From assembly GCA_963833985.1 (NCBI GenBank), contig CAWIAD010000002.1:4960001-5024000 (forward strand): DNA of 64,000 bases, in the 5' to 3' direction. The notes under the pieces were generated by a model. The model did not search any database, was not told the DNA's origin, and was given only the letters and a program-made list of their open reading frames with translations. The stretch is from an uncultured Planctomycetaceae bacterium (GTDB lineage: Bacteria; Planctomycetota; Planctomycetia; Isosphaerales; Isosphaeraceae). The translations under genes and the position numbers were made by a program. The first letter of the stretch is position 1. Each line of letters starts with the position of its first letter. This document shows, piece by piece, positions 63,574-64,000 of this stretch.

Positions 63574-63754
63574 CTAAAGTAAGAGTCGCAGGCAGATGAG
63601 CGAGCACGCCAGTGACATCCAGCCGCGCTGGACCTCGGGCAAGCGGTCCCACCTCACCCGGAGGCGACCGTATTGATGGAGCCACGACAGCGTCCGCTCG
63701 ACGTACCAACGGGTCTTCCCCAGGCCGGTACCGTGGGGCGTCCCTCGCTGCGCC
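63574..63754 (-). pseudogene. 3' fragment of an IS5-family transposase
   Basis: RGTPHGTGLGKTRWYVERTLSWLHQYGRLRVRWDR..LACSLIC matches the IS5 C-terminal RWxVERxxxWL motif; the 5' part is absent. Confidence 0.8.
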
Positions 63755-63847
63755 AGGAAAGAAAGAAGAAGAAAGAAGGAAAGAAGGACATGCATTGCTG
63801 CCCATCTGGTGGAAGGCTGCATTGCCTGTCCCTTCCTTTCCCTTCTT
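63755..63847. mobile_element. Non-autonomous mini-element: 46-bp inverted-repeat core with purine/pyrimidine tails
   Basis: Arms at 63786-63802 and 63815-63831 (14/17 complementary) with a 12-nt spacer; purine tract 63755-63785 and pyrimidine tract 63832-63847; 17/19 match to the transposase-upstream motif. Confidence 0.7.
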
Positions 63848-63908
63848 GCTCGAGCATTGAGCCCGCGGACTCGGGACGATCTCTCGACTTGCCCGGCATC
63901 CCAATGCT

Positions 63909-64000
63909 TCACTGGATCGTGATCGCGGTCTTGAATCCCGTGACGCGATTGCCCGAGACGACCACTCCGCCGGCGTTCGGTGCACCGTGGGCGGGGACGA
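63909..64000 (-). CDS. 3' end of a CDS running off the window (beta-helix-like C-terminus)
   Basis: The minus strand reads VPAHGAPNAGGVVVSGNRVTGFKTAITIQ-stop with GC-rich codon usage. Confidence 0.5.
   Translation of the reverse strand, partial: VPAHGAPNAGGVVVSGNRVTGFKTAITIQ

Overview
GC-rich bacterial chromosome segment, most likely from a planctomycete (inferred from the DUF1501 + DUF1549/DUF1553 pair, a DUF1570 peptidase and the HU type). It holds about 45 CDSs. Most are housekeeping or cell-envelope genes: nfo, ppk1, hisF, pilT-like and gspE-like ATPases, cvpA, rpsR, ggt, HU, pcm, a PduO-type adenosyltransferase and a molybdopterin oxidoreductase. I found no rRNA, tRNA or CRISPR array. 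About 16 frameshifts break otherwise intact genes and nearly all lie at GCGC sites, so they are probably long-read consensus errors rather than pseudogenes. The most notable signals are four. (1) A HUH/Y1 REP-associated tyrosine transposase (4886-5938) has a two-class REP array downstream and a 19-bp end motif plus pure pyrimidine tract upstream. The same motif recurs 58 kb away as a 46-bp inverted-repeat mini-element with purine/pyrimidine tails, next to a truncated IS5 and a low-GC gene that look captured between two such ends. (2) A CHAT (caspase-like)-NACHT-multipass membrane protein, a candidate NLR-like immune gene. (3) A leaderless, operator-controlled MerR gene followed by a VIT-vWA-pseudokinase gene. 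(4) A signal-peptide-bearing PIMT coupled to a CBM/glycoside hydrolase gene. All family assignments come from motif recognition by eye; no database search was run.
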